From NCBI RefSeq assembly GCF_009914755.1, contig NC_060931.1: 64,000 nucleotides of DNA. One strand, given 5' to 3'. This document shows positions 49,279-63,340 of this stretch, one piece after another. Below the pieces are notes generated by a model. That model was not told the origin of the DNA and searched no databases. It was given only the letters and a program-made list of their open reading frames with translations. The DNA is from the human T2T-CHM13v2.0 reference genome, Homo sapiens. Numbering within the stretch: the first letter of the stretch is position 1; each line of letters begins with the position of its first letter. The translations under genes and the position numbers were made by a program.

Positions 49279-50589
49279 CTAGGCCTTTATATAGCTGGAG
49301 AAAAGGTGCTTCAAGAGAGTTTAACACAGATTTGCAGCAGAATTCCATTTTCAATAGAATCACATTGAGTACGCACATACATTATATTCCTGGTGAAAAT
49401 GGCATAAACTTCACAAAGTGCTTTGCATTATGGGACATTTTGTTTGTGAACCCCTTGGGGACATTTTTGTCTTCAATAATTAAGGAAGCCTTTTGACTCA
49501 ACATATTTAGACCACATTTCAAGGACAAATTTGTTAGAACCCAGCAACACATGAAGAAAAATGTCTACATTTTTGTAGATGATTAGAACATATCCTATAA
49601 CCTGAAATCTATTTAAAGTTAACCCTTACCAGTAACAAACCATCATCCTGTAGAACTAAGTGTTATGTTAGAACAACATAATTCTAGGTGAAGTTTTCAA
49701 AGACTAAGGTATTTAAGTCAATTAAATTGACTCGATCTTGAAGGGAAAGAACAAAACTAGTCACATGTATATCACGTTTTAAACAATTGTTTTGTGAGAA
49801 CTAAATTTGATGCAAAGAAATCTTGAATATTTTTAGTTTATTCTATCATTTTGATGATGCCAGATTTAGTGAGTTGTAGCCTTTTGTTCCTTTGCTTGTG
49901 ATTCTGCTTACTCTGGAAAACAGAATGGTAGCTATATCCATTTGCCTCCGTGAGGACTTACAGTTTGCCGACAAACAAGTTCCAAAACAACCTTGTGAAA
50001 TAGTCATTAACACCATTTTGCAAATGAGAAAGTGAAGGCTGGGAGAAGCTAAGTTATTTTCCTGAAGTCACACAGTAAAGGATAAAAAGCTGAAAGTATG
50101 GGGGTGATGTACACATCCTTGTCGAGGAGTTCCAAAAGAGCTTTCTAGACACTTTCATGGCTTTCATCTTTAACAATCTAGTCTCAGCTTCCCCCCACTC
50201 CCTCTGGGTAAGCAGCGCAGCAGTGTGGCTGATGTGGTATAACCCCTTTGTGACAGCTCACCAGTGACTTTTGCTTTTTGACCACCAGCATGGGACAGTC
50301 ATCAATCCCACATTAATCCTTGCTTATTTTTAGCCAACCTCCTGTGGAGCTGGGAGCTTGCAAAATCATTCTGGAAAGCAGAGGATAAGCTGACTTTTAA
50401 AATGGGTTTCATTGGCTTTGTGCTTATTTTCTAACATCTCAAATGGCTGTTTTATGAGAATGGCTGCCTACCTGTAAATGGGGCAAAAAAATGAAACAAA
50501 CCTAATGACTACTTAATGGGAACAGTGATGTGGAGGAAATCAAAGCTATTAAAAGGGTGGCAGTCATCAAACCCCACTCTTTAGAAATA

Positions 50590-50943
50590 TAGATGATCCC
50601 TGAGTTATGATGGTTCAATTTATGATTTTTTGATTTTATGATGGTGCAAAAGTGTTATACATTCAGTAGAAACCATACTTTGAATATACAGCCATTCTAT
50701 TTTTCACTTTCAATACAGTATTCAATAAACTACATGAGATGTTTAAACTTTATTATAAAATAGGCTTTGTGTTAGATGCTTTTGCCAAACTGTAGGCTAA
50801 CATAAATGTTTGGCATGAATAAGGTAGGCTAGGCTAAGCCATGATGTTTGGTAAGTTAGGTGTATTAAATTCTTTTTTGACTAAGGACATTTTCAAACTA
50901 CAGTGGGTTTATCGGGACTCCTTCATAAGTCAAAGAGCATCTG
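50590..50943 (-). mobile_element. MER47/Tigger5-type element
   Basis: TA-flanked TIR-like ends tagatgatccctgagttatgatgg and cataagtcaaagagcatctg|TA. Confidence 0.75.
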
Positions 50944-52266
50944 TATATTTAATGTATGACTCAGGACTGAATTGAGGCCATCTCCCTAGGACTCACCTCC
51001 CAAATCTGACCTGGGACGTGCTTTTAATTCACTATCCCTTCAATGCGAAGTTCCTCTACTCAACTGCTCTAAACCCAAATTGACTTCTTATTTCTCACCT
51101 AGAACTGCTTTAGTAAACTCTTCAAAATGACCAAGGAGTGAATATTGGCTGCTTCCTCTGGACCAGTATATCAAACATAATGCACAGTGTGGGTCATAGA
51201 GTAAGTCCTTAGTAATGTCCCTAGAGCTGACCTCACCTGGATGGTGGCAGCAGTGGTGGTGGATAAGTCTGGGGTAGGCCAGCAGAGGCAGGAGAAGGAG
51301 CCCTGCATTGTTAGTTTGACTCCATCAGTGCTGGAGAAGGTTGGAGAGATGTGATGCTTATGTAGGTCAGGGTGGGTGTGAATGTGTGTGTGTGTGTGTG
51401 CAAGTTTGCACTTGCTGATGCTCTTGTGAACTAGTTTGACTCAGTATTTTTGTTTACAGGAATGAAATAGTTTTCTCAGCCTTTCAAAAGTCTTCTTGCC
51501 CTCTCAGATTTTTGGTTTTGGTACAAGCCCTAGGAGAAACCCTGGATCCTCTTGATTTAAGCCTGTCTAAATTTTCACCTCCAGGACAATCCCAGACAGA
51601 TTAGCTATACACAAGATCCCCAGTATGATCCCGGAAGGCCCCAACTTGGCAGCATGGGAGCACCCTAGAGATTTTGGAAATTACCGAAATGACTTTTGTC
51701 TTAAGGCATGGTTCTGTCTCAAATTACTTAAGAGGGACCTGTTGGTTTCCATTCTGAAATACTCAGTGATCCCCAATTGTTAAAGTAAACGCCAGTTCCT
51801 TAGAATATATAACTTCATTCTAGAGGGGTTTGATATATACCTACAGAATACGGATGGGTTAATTGGCTTTTGAGGACCCTACCTGGGACATTATGAAATC
51901 AGAACATCTCTACTTCTCATTAAAATTTCCCCTAAAATTGCACATGGTAATTTACTGTTGGTCAAGCAGCTCAGTGGATAAATGGTATTTAAGGTGCTGT
52001 GAAATGTACTCTCCAGAACTGCATTTCGAGCAACAATGTCAAGGTTTCTGAATTCCTTTGTGTTTGCTTTTCTTTTTGTTCAGTTATTATGGCTGACTCA
52101 TTTCTGATTCCTGTGTGATTGCACTACAAGAAAATGCACCAGTTGAAAAGAACATTTGACCAAATCCCAGGACTTGGTCATGGTGTAGTAAAATAGATAA
52201 TTAAGGGACTCTGGAAACAAGAGCCAGTGCAGGATCTCTTCAGTTCTCACTCCTCAGGGTATATCA

Positions 52267-52276
52267 CTAAAAATAG
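52267..52276. promoter_or_regulatory. Perfect MEF2 consensus site CTAAAAATAG (function untested)
   Basis: Exact match to YTA(A/T)4TAR in non-repeat sequence. A motif match only. Confidence 0.35.
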
Positions 52277-53365
52277 TGATCATTTTCCTGGCCATCTGAC
52301 CTGCTGCTGTGTGAAGAAATCTTGAAGTCATTTCTCAGCCTCATTTTCCCCTCTTCACTTGATAGGCCACAGAAAAACCCACAAAAGCAAGGACGAGCAG
52401 GCTTTTATGATAATGTCGTCATCAGCTCCCAGCTTCAAACGCTTCTGCGGCTTTTGAGTTGTCATTTATAACTTGGAACTGAATCGACCCATAATTCCCC
52501 TGATACACTTAGAGAAATTGATAACAGACTCTGCGCTTCTTTTATGGCTCAGAGGAGGCAACTCCAATCACATCACTATTGGCAGGCAATATTATTTTTT
52601 GACATGGTTGTAAAAGTATAAAGGGGCTTATGGCATTTGTTTAGATGAGGAATGGGCTCTCAAGCTGTGCTGGGGTTTACAGGACCAGATCAGTGAGAAG
52701 CAAAGGGAATATGATGTTTGCAAACAGGATATGATTTTATATAAGTTTGGGTTTCATGCTCTGTTCCCTGGGGAAAGCCCTGCAGACAGCAGAGAATTCC
52801 ACTTTTATCCTACAGCAGACAAGCTCCCAGGGCCAAAAGGCAGAAAAATAAACGTGGTCAATGGGTAGTGTCAGACCCTTGATTGGAAGAGGAGGAGCTG
52901 TGGACGAGGGAGAACAATCCCCTAAGAGGACTGAGGATTTGCAGGGCACGGGCAGAACTGGGACCTGACTAAGTGGTTGAAGATATGCAAAAAGAGGCTC
53001 TAAAAGGTTTAATGAAGGCACCTTCTCCAGCAGTGACTCAGTCAATCTGTGAACACAAAGCTAGCTTTTTATTACGACTTTTACTCTGTTCATATTCTGT
53101 TTGGTTACACCTAGATCTGACACACTTAGGAATGTCATTTTTGTGATTGGGGAAGGGGAGATGGGGAGAAGGATTAGGTGATTATGAGAGGGTAGTAATT
53201 TAAGGCCCATTTCAATTGCTCTGAGGTTTTCTGCAAACGTTTCAGTTGTATATCAACTATACTCACTACGCGAGAGGCAGATTTGGATGAAATGTCTTAA
53301 ATTTTCTTTTATCTTGTCAGAATTAAAATGTAAGCTCTCCCCTCTTATTTATAAATTTACAGATA

Positions 53366-53392
53366 TGTGTGTGTGTGTGTGTGTGTGTGTGT
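53366..53392. repeat. (TG)~13 microsatellite
   Basis: Direct reading. Confidence 0.97.
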
Positions 53393-55189
53393 TTATATAT
53401 ACAAGAAACATTGTATATACACATACATAATCAGGAGAAAAATCTATTTTACACCACATGTGTATCTTCATATTATTTTTCTAATTATTACACCACATTG
53501 GTCCTTCACATTTATTCTCCCCAGTACCAGTAAATAGTATTCTAGTGGCAAGCCCTACAAAGAGCTGCTCTGGTGTTTCCCTCCATTATAATACTAGGGA
53601 ATGGATTTTGTTTTATGACCACATCTATGGACATATAGTTAAACTCAATGCGACAAAAGCTTGGTTAATAATGCATTTTACTGCTGTGATTTAGGATGGT
53701 CATCTTTGAAACAAAACCAATATTTTCAAAGCCATAATGTGTGCCATCAGATAAGGCATGAAGGGCAGGAAGAATAAGATAAGGCTTGTTGTTGATGACT
53801 AGACAAGGTGCAGCATGCAAAAACGAATGAGCAATGAGACAAGACCACTGCTCTCAATCTCAATTGCTCACAGCCTAGCCATTGGGCTGGTTCAGAAAAA
53901 TGCTAAGCTATGAGAGCACAGAGAAGGAAGCTTTTAAAACAGCAAAGAAAGAATAGGGTGTGGAGGTTACTCAAGCAGTTATAAGCTAAATTTTCAAGAA
54001 GAATTAGCAATAAATGTGTGAGTTGTGTGTTGGGGGTGGTATGAGGACAGGTCATGGGAGGCAGCCAGGCATTGACTGTTCAGGCAATAGAACACACCGT
54101 ATTTCTGACAATTGCACCAAGCTGTTGCCAATTAGTAGAGAATTTTTTTCTTCCAAAAAAGGAGGGAAAAACCCCACCTTCTGTTTATGCCAAAACTTTG
54201 CATGTTCCTGAGGTTTTGATATTGACTCAGGAACCTCTTTCTTCATATGTTATTTCAACCCAATTATCCTGAGCAAGCACAATGCCTTTTGTTACATCAG
54301 CAGAAAGAGGAGGGGGTAGCATCTGCTTCTCACATGCAGTAATCAGGGTAATGTTAATTTCCCTCCTATTAATGTTCAACTCAAACCTGGCTTGCAATCA
54401 GTACTTCATTTCCTCCACTGTTGCTATCAAAGAGGTATCACAAACTTTTTCCCTCCAGCACAATAAAAGGATCCACCCTGATTTAGAATCTCTCTTTTTT
54501 ATATCTCCTCTTCCTAACTGTATCTGGATTTTCATCAGCTTCAGACTTGATGCAATTGATACTAGCAAGAACACCCCATGGCACCTGGCAAAATTAAAAC
54601 TGATAAGCCACCTTAATGAAACTGAGAATTTAGTTTCATGCTGCAAATTCTGTAAAAAGATTATGTTGCCTCAGACTTCGAAAAAATGCATGAAATATTA
54701 TTAAAGTCAGGGAATTCCTTCTAAATTGCAAAGGAAGTTTCCAGTATTGCATAGATTATGCTAATTGTGTATACTCAATAATAGTTGTTGGGATGTAGAC
54801 AACACTCCCTACAGAGATACACATGTATACATTACTCTGTGTATGGGACAAAATGTGAAAATACATAGAATCATTAAGCATCTAATGTCCATTGCAGGAA
54901 AGAAGAAAATGAGAGAAGAAAACCTTAATTTCCTCCTTAATTCACTTACTTGCAGCATCTCATCTGTGATTAAATTCTTTCTATTGCTTTGACATTATGG
55001 CTAAGTACAACGAGATGCATTTTGAAATAAGAATACTTCATTTTCTTATTTAAAGTAAACATGAATATCACAAAGCTGTTAAAATTCTTCTGTTGCCAAA
55101 ATGAGATGGCTAAAAAAATGCCATCATCAAAGCTTTATTTGTGTTTTTTACATTACTGGGGCCATAAGACCTATTTTTTTAAAAAACTG

Positions 55190-55192
<3 letters not shown>

Positions 55193-55239
<47 letters not shown>
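55193..55239. repeat. (AC)~23 microsatellite
   Basis: Direct reading. Confidence 0.98.
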
Positions 55240-55243
<4 letters not shown>

Positions 55244-56220
55244 CACCTATTTCCACCAAAGTAATGTCAATAACAGGGAGGAAGAAAACGATTATGAACA
55301 TTGAGACAAGAAGAAATTCAGCCTTAGGCTCTGCAGTTGCTGAAGGTAAATGGATTTGATGAAATTTAAATTTCTATCTAACTTAGAAGATCTGTGGCTC
55401 GATTAAATAAAAGCTGAGAAAGTAAAACATACTTGAATAGATTTGAAAATATGATCATCTACTGATTGCTACTTCTGACTGCCAAGGAGACGTTAGGCTT
55501 AAATCAAATGAAAATTTAGAGTAGACAAAGGAAATGGTACTACCTAAAAAAAAATAATTCTTGTAGCAGCCTGAAATACAGCTATATTCAGGCACACCTA
55601 AGCTTTTCATTTTAAGGTGAAGTAACAGCATTTGTATTTTTCATCTGTCATATTTCCACTCCGAATAGTTAGTTCCAGATCCAGATATTCACCCCCGTAA
55701 CAAACTAATATTCAATATGTAAAACTGATGTGTCATTATTGGATTTGTCTTTGTGAAGTATTTTAACCACAAACTTAGTAAAGCATAACTTCTAAACTTT
55801 CATTAATGGAGAACAACAGTTTTTTTTTCAAAATTCAAAACCAAAATAAATTAGCTCACTGAATGCTTGAGCCATAAGCAGGCAGTTCACAGCAGAATCC
55901 CTAGGATTTAATCATTCCCCAACTCAAGAAAAACCCATAGCTTCTGAGTTTTAGACTAGCAGTATCATTATTGCTATAGAGTGTCTTAACTTTAAATAAA
56001 AAATAATAAGTAAAATAAAGGAATTAAATGACTAAGCAATGATTCTCTTAGCAATAGAGCATGCATTGAGTCATTATTTCTATGAAGACTGATAAGACTA
56101 TTAAAGGACTAATATATTCGATATTTTTATGCTCCTGAAATCATTTGGTGAATTTATTCTGTTATATTCTAAATATTATGATTTATATAATCTCTAATTG
56201 ATATTTACTATGGATACACA

Positions 56221-57244
56221 CAGACATACCTTGGAAATATTGCAGATTCAGTTCCAGAGCAACACAGTAAAGCAAATAGCACAATAAAGTGAGTCACACA
56301 AATGTTTTGTTTCTCAGTGTATACTAAACTTATGTTTATACTGTCCTGTAGTCTATTAAGTTTACAGTAGCATTATATCTTTAAAAATGTACATAATTTT
56401 AAAACTATGTTTAAAAATCCTAATGATCATCTGAGCCTTCAGTGAGTGGTAATCTTTTTGCTGGTGCAGGGTTTTGCTTCAATATTGAGGGCCTTATTCT
56501 GGATAAAGCGTTGGCTCAAGGGAATGTGGTTGGGTTGATCTTCTGTCTAGACCACTCAAACTTTCTCCATATCAGCAGTAAGGCTATTTCACTTTCTTAG
56601 CATTTGTGTGTTCACTGCAGTAGCAGTTTCAGTTTCCTTTAAAAACTTTTCCTTTGCATTCACAACTTGGCTAACTGTTGGGCACAACAGGTCTAGTTTT
56701 CGGCCTGTCTCAGCTTTCAACATGCCTTCTTCGCTAAGCTTAATCATTTCTAGCTTTTGATTGAGAGTGTTGAGAGTGAGAGACGTGCAACTCTTCCTTT
56801 TACTTGAAGACTTAGAGGCTATCGTAGGGTTATTAACTTGTCTAATTTCAATATTCCTGAATATTAGGGAATAGGGAGGCCTGAGAAAGAGAAGAGATGG
56901 AGGAAAGACTGATCGGTGGAGCAGAAGTCACACACGATATTTATCAATTAAGTTCACTGTCTTATATGGGCACGATTCATGGTGCCCCAAAACAATTATA
57001 ATAGTACTATCAAAGATGACTGATCACAGATGGGCATAAAAGATAAAATAATGATGAAAAACTTTTGAAATATTGCAGGAATTACCAAAATGTGACACAG
57101 AGACAGGAAGTGAGCACATGCTGCTGGAAAAATGACGCCCATAGACTTGCTTAACTTGGCGTTGCCACAAACCTTCAATTTGTAAAAAATCAAAGTATCT
57201 GAAAAGTGTAATAAAGTGAAGCACAGTAAAACAAGGTGTGCCTG
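56221..57244 (-). mobile_element. Internally deleted Tigger1 retaining both ends
   Basis: cagacataccttggaaatattgc (right end) and aaaacaaggtgtgcctg|TA (left end). Reverse-complement similarity to 15867-16069, 22254-22790 and 24150-24428. Deletion junction near 56490. Confidence 0.9.
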
Positions 57245-57696
57245 TATCGAGTATCTTCCTGACGATCTGTAAGCACTTCTCAAAATGACTTGTATCATTT
57301 TGAGATGTGACCATTTAAGGAATAAAAACCAAGACCTACAAGTAGCGAAATTCTTTGCTGCTAAATAGATTACTTTTCTTTCCTTAATCTATTGCCTCTA
57401 AAGACAATTTACCATCCATTCATTCATTATTAAATAAGCATGTACTGTCCAGTACCATCCTATGTGCTAAGTGTGAAGCAACATGTAGACTCACATTTTT
57501 TCTTATGTTGTGTTTTTTTTTTTCCTTTTCAATTCCCACTCATGTATCTTGTCATACCTATCACTTAGACTCTGCATTGATTTTCTTCTATTCATAATTG
57601 TCAACTCTGGTAGGAAAGGCCTGGGAGTTCATAGGACTAAGGACAGAAGATAGTCAGAATATCCATACTCAGTTGAACCAGATTCAAATTCAGTAG

Positions 57697-58069
<373 letters not shown>

Positions 58070-58239
58070 AAATTCTCATTCCAAGAGCTAGGAAGCGCAG
58101 TATCCAGCATCAATCCACAACTCCATTAATAGCAAATGTGGAAGAAGTTCAAAGACCAGTGCTCACTGGTGCAGACTATTCTCTGTGCTTCTGAACTTAC
58201 TATACTCACAATTTCCAATTTTCACAACTTGGGACAGAA

Positions 58240-58480
58240 TTCATTTGCTCACTTATTTAGTAATTTATTTATACAGCAAATGCTTATTGAATGCCTATTG
58301 TATGCCTGGAACTGCAAATACAGTACTGAACAAAACAGAAAACGTTTTATCCTACTGGAACTTATATTCCAGTTGAGGAGACAAATAAGCAAGAATGAAT
58401 GACTTTAAATATATGTGCATGTATGTGATGATGATGAATGCTATAGAGAAAAGGAAGCAAGGAAGGGGTGTGGAGTCTTG
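58240..58480 (-). mobile_element. L2 3' fragment
   Basis: cagcaaatgcttattgaatgcctattgtatgcctggaactg...cctactggaacttatattccag. Confidence 0.7.
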
Positions 58481-59789
58481 TAGTGTTGGGGCAGAGAACT
58501 AGTGGTTAATGAGAAGTGTTGCTTTTTTGGATATTAGGATAGACAGGTGAGGGGTGACCTGGGAGCCCTGGTTTCTTGTGGTGACTGACTTAAAGAGGGG
58601 TACAGAGAATAATAAGATCCATACTGAGGGTGCAAAGCAGAGTGGTGGGGAAGCAAGGAAAGTTCAGGAGGTGGAGAGGAGGCTTGCCAAGACTGCTCAG
58701 AGTTTGGGGACCCCATCTCACTCTCACTGTTAAAGATCTGTGTGTCTAGAGGTAGGGTTGTTCTATTCAGAACACACAGAGCTTCTGGTCTTCCTTCTGA
58801 CAACTGGATTGAGGTGTGGCAATAGATGATGAGAGGGCAAGTTGAATTTCTAGGCACACGCTGAGATGCTGACATTTCTCTTCAGAGCTGGCTATGGAGG
58901 TATAGAGAAGGTTGGGGGTGGGGGCACACTTACTCAGGCACTCAAAGATCTGGGACTCAGTAGCAGGCCCTGGGCTGTGAGATATCTCTCTGGGTAGTTC
59001 CAGATCTTAGCAGCACTGTGTGCTTTGGGGTTCCAAGTCCCTGGAATGTTATGTGGACATACTTTTCTTTTTAAATTGGGCAGCTGCAAATTATATACAG
59101 TACTCCAACACCTGCCCATTTTCAAGTCTAATAAAAATGTCCTGACATTTGCATGACCTTTGCAAGTGGGTTTTTTTCCTTGTGCATTTTAGTGTCTTCT
59201 TGAATGACATTGTCACATTATGGCCTCAGTTGCTCTGGCTGGTCCATCCTGATTTATATCTGAACTGTGAGATTTGGGGTAACTGATTTGTTGGTCCCAT
59301 TGTGTTGGTGCATAGAATGGACCAAATAATGATGACGTCTCAATTTCTATATGCCCAGTTTCGTGTTGTATTTATATAGTGCAAGAGAGATAAAAGTCTG
59401 AATTCCAGGGTATTTTTACTATTGACAATCAGTTTCTGATCCTCAGCATCCTCAATATTAAATGAATAGAATCAAGAAAAAAAACTTGGCTAAATTTTTT
59501 AGGATTATGCTTTAACCATTTTAGCAAAATAATAATTCTCGACTTTGACCCCAGTGGTATTCAGAGGATTGACCTTAATGATGGGATTATCCATCAAGTA
59601 AAGGGACAGGTAAGGTGCCCTAGATTAGGCTGGGCAATAGAGAATCCTGCAAAACATACCCTCCTGATTCTCACAGAACCAAGAGGGCTGATTCACAGCC
59701 TCACAGCAGAGACTAGCCATTCTTTACACAAACCTTCCAATGATAACCTGCCTCAATCTCTTTTAAATCCCAAATAATCCCAGAGGTTT

Positions 59790-59932
59790 TATTGCTAAAG
59801 ATGCAATTGAAGTTTCCTATTCTACAGAAAAGGAAACAAAGGCTCAGAGAGGTGAGTATCTTGTTCAGGTCATAGAATTAGTAGGCCATGGAGCAGAGAG
59901 GGCCTGATTCCCAAGCTTTTAACCACAATACT
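59790..59932 (-). mobile_element. MIR
   Basis: cctatttctacagaaaaggaaacaaaggctcagagaggtgag core. Similar MIR pieces lie near 38450-38630, 49985-50090, 61430-61530 and 62010-62110. Confidence 0.65.
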
Positions 59933-62731
59933 ATGCACACACAGCACAACTCACCATAATTTCAACCTCATATGATTGTCAACACTCCTTTCCCAAGTGA
60001 GAATAGCCCTAGCCGTAAGAAAAAAACAATTGCTATTTTTGCCAAGAGCATTCTCTTTTTTATTGAAATTCCTATGAAGTATTAAATCCATGCACTCAAA
60101 CATCATCAATTCTGGGTAAAAAAAAAAATTACACAGCTATACATAGTATTTCAACCCTAACTAGAACACTGAAAAGTCTCTGTCCTTGGACCAAACCACT
60201 GTGGGATGAGATAGAGAGAATCTCATTTCACACACCTACTGAGTCAGAGTTAATTTTATTAAGCTACACTCTGTAGGAATGAGGCTCTAATGTGCACTGT
60301 CCAGTGAATAAAAAGATTGGCATATTTTGAAGCACCCTTTACACAGTGTGGACATCAGATTAAATGAAGAAACAGTAGGAAAGTACTAAAATGGTATTTC
60401 TTGGCTCTGTCTCTAACTCAGTCTTGGTAGAACTGACCAGCAGTTCACTGAAATTGGATAACAATAGGGACTCTCAAATTCCTTTACTGGTCTTTACTGG
60501 CCACATAACCCACAGGAATCCATATATTACTTGGTAAATCTATGAGTCCCCCGGATCTTAAGTAAGGATCCTTAGAGTCTCAAGATGTAGCCCTTTCACC
60601 AGAGCAAACATATTCCTCTCCTTATTCTTGTTACTGGCAAGTAAATAGCAAAAGGCAGATTTTTCTGAAGATAAAGAGTGACTAGAAATTGCACATGCAA
60701 GGTCAATGGAGCTGCCAGAAAGCAGTTGATCATACCGGGAGATGGTTTGTGGTAGAGCATTAATGCACATGGCATGCCCCTTTTCTCCTCCAGCTGTCAC
60801 ATTAATATTTCACACCTTCTTTCCATATGGAATATCAGTCACAGTATTCATTCATCATATCCATGGCTTTACTTGGAATCTGAACGTCTTCCCTGTAGCT
60901 GCTCTGTTTCTTTTTCATCTCACCATGACTAAAGAAGCTAAGGTGTGGGCATTATAACCTACAACTGATCCCAAAGGAATGGGCTGTCATTCATGTCTTC
61001 CTTCCAGTGTTGAACAAAAGAGAGAATGCATGTGGGTTCACCCACCCATTGTTATCATAAATCCATCCCAGCTCCATTTCAAGACTCTCAGGGTTTCAGC
61101 AGAACATCTAACACGAAATGAATATATACATTCAAGGAGCTGGCATGTTGTATCACAAGGGAGAAGGGAAAACACCCATTGTTACAGCCTCAGAGCTGAT
61201 TGAAAAAGAATGCAATAAAGAATATCAGAGGTTCTCAGACCAGAATCATGATTCTCATTATTATCCCACAGGAGGAGAAAAGGGACAGTCACCCAGAATT
61301 AGAGAGGGCTCTAGAAGTTTTGAAGTGTTGACACCTAAGCGTCCACAAAACTGCTCGGAATAGTTTTATTTTAGAAGTATCCTGCCCAGCCTGAGTCTGA
61401 GAAACCAGCAATGCAAAGGCTCTGTTAATTATTATTTCACTTATCTGAGACTTGGTTTCTTTATCTGTGAAATAGGGCTAAGCAAGGCTCCCACATGGTA
61501 TTATTGTGAGGATCAAATGTGATAATGTAGGTTATCACTGGCAGCTATATGTGGTAATGAGCACTGCACCACCCTGTGGGGTCACCTTGAGTAGATTCAG
61601 GTCTGCAGAGGGTAAACAGACTCCCTGATTTAAAGGTTCTCCAAAGCCCTGCAACCCTGAGGTCTCCACCTGACCTACCTATCCAACTAATAGTCTACCA
61701 TTAGAATCAAGGCACTGCAGGGAGACAAATAAAGGGAGGGAGGACATTGCTTTCAGAAATCCCAGTGATTACGCATCTAGGCAGAGAGCCTTCATTTAGG
61801 AACTCTGGAATCTGGATTCAAATCTTTACGTTGTCACTGCTCCAAAAGCGCTTTTTCAACTCTAAAGTGCAGATTCCAATTCAGCAGGACCAAATGCGAG
61901 CTGAGATTCTGCATTTCTCATAGCACTCAGGGATGGCATTGCTACTCATCCGTGGACCACATTTTGAGTGGTAAGATCCTGTAAGACCATGGACTCTCAA
62001 ATCATTGAAATGACTGGGCCTCAGTTCCTTCACCTATGAAGTAAGGTGATAAATGAAATGTGATTTATTGTCTTCTCTGGGGATCAAATATGTCATTACT
62101 GTGTGATAGTACTTTATCCAAATTTAAAACAGCTTTTTACAAAATTCATTTTTCTTGAGAGATCAGATAGCAGGCTCCCATTAGCTTGTCACTGGGGATC
62201 TTGTTGACTTAAGTCTTACACAGTCTGTCTCCCTTGGGAAAATAGTGAGTGGGGAAGTTTCTGTGAGAGACAGGGGTGATGCATGACAACAGAGATCCAG
62301 GGCACTGGGGACATCACAGTTGTTGTCGGATGATTCAGTGAAGAAGCATCATTGTAGGATGATGCACCAAAGGAAGCACCCAATGCTGGCAAGCAAGAGC
62401 TAGTAGGCTATACCTGGTGCAGACTGAAGATGAGAGAAGCAGTCATCACTACATCATGGATGTATTGCAGGACCCAAACAGGGGTGGTGTTTGGAGTTTA
62501 GATAGTTTAGCCACAGTAAAGCCCTGCAAAGAACAGTATCACTATAGGATTCTTTTGTTCTCATCCTTAATTCATTCCCTCGACAAAATTTGTTAAGCAT
62601 CTATTATGTGTCAGACCTTGAAGAAAGAGCAGTAAAGACAGACACCCATAACCCTATGCCTAGGACACTTGCACTAGCCCATCGTGTTCTAAAGAATCAA
62701 CAACATAGAACATCTTTTTAAAGTTCACATC

Positions 62732-63118
62732 TGTATTTGGCTAGCTAGGGCTGTCATAACACAATACCACAGATTGGGTGGCTTAAGCAACAGGAATTAA
62801 TTTTCTCACAGTTCTGGAGCCTAGAAGTTCAATATCAAAATGTTGGCAGATTTGATTTCTCCTAAGGCTTCTCTCCTGGGTCCTTGGATGACCTTCTTCT
62901 CATTGTGGCCTCACAAGCTTTTCTCTGTTCATGCGCATCCCTGCTGTCTCTTTCTTTTCTTATAAGGACATCAGTCATTTTGTATTAGGGCCCCACCCTT
63001 ATGATCTCATTTAACCTTAATTACCTTTTCAAAGGACTTATTGATTGCTGAATACAGTCCCATTGGGCTTAGGACTTCAATATGCGAATTCTGAGGAAAC
63101 ACAATTCAGTCCATAACG
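62732..63118 (-). mobile_element. MLT1 (MaLR) solo LTR, MLT1A-like
   Basis: tgtatt...ctagggctgtcataacacaataccacagattgggtggcttaagcaacag...cacaattcagtccataac. Confidence 0.85.
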
Positions 63119-63134
63119 ATATTAATGTCCAGGG

Positions 63135-63340
63135 TTGGCTTTGGTTGAAACCCCAGCTCTTCATCTCATCAACTATATAACTTTGGTCAAGTTACTTAAC
63201 CTCTTTACAGTTCAGTTTACTCTTCTGTAAAGGTGACTAATAATACTTTTATAAAGCTCTCATGAGGAATTAAATAGGTAGTGTTTGTAAAGTGCTTAAT
63301 AGGGTCCAGCACCTAGTAGGTGCCCCAATCTTACCCACTA
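63135..63340 (+). mobile_element. MIR
   Basis: ctttggtcaagttacttaacctct...cagtttactcttctgtaaa...tgtaaagtgctta. Confidence 0.75.

Noticed and set aside
54282-54704. 140-aa ORF in unique sequence
   Set aside because: No recognisable domain or splice structure, and its length is compatible with chance.
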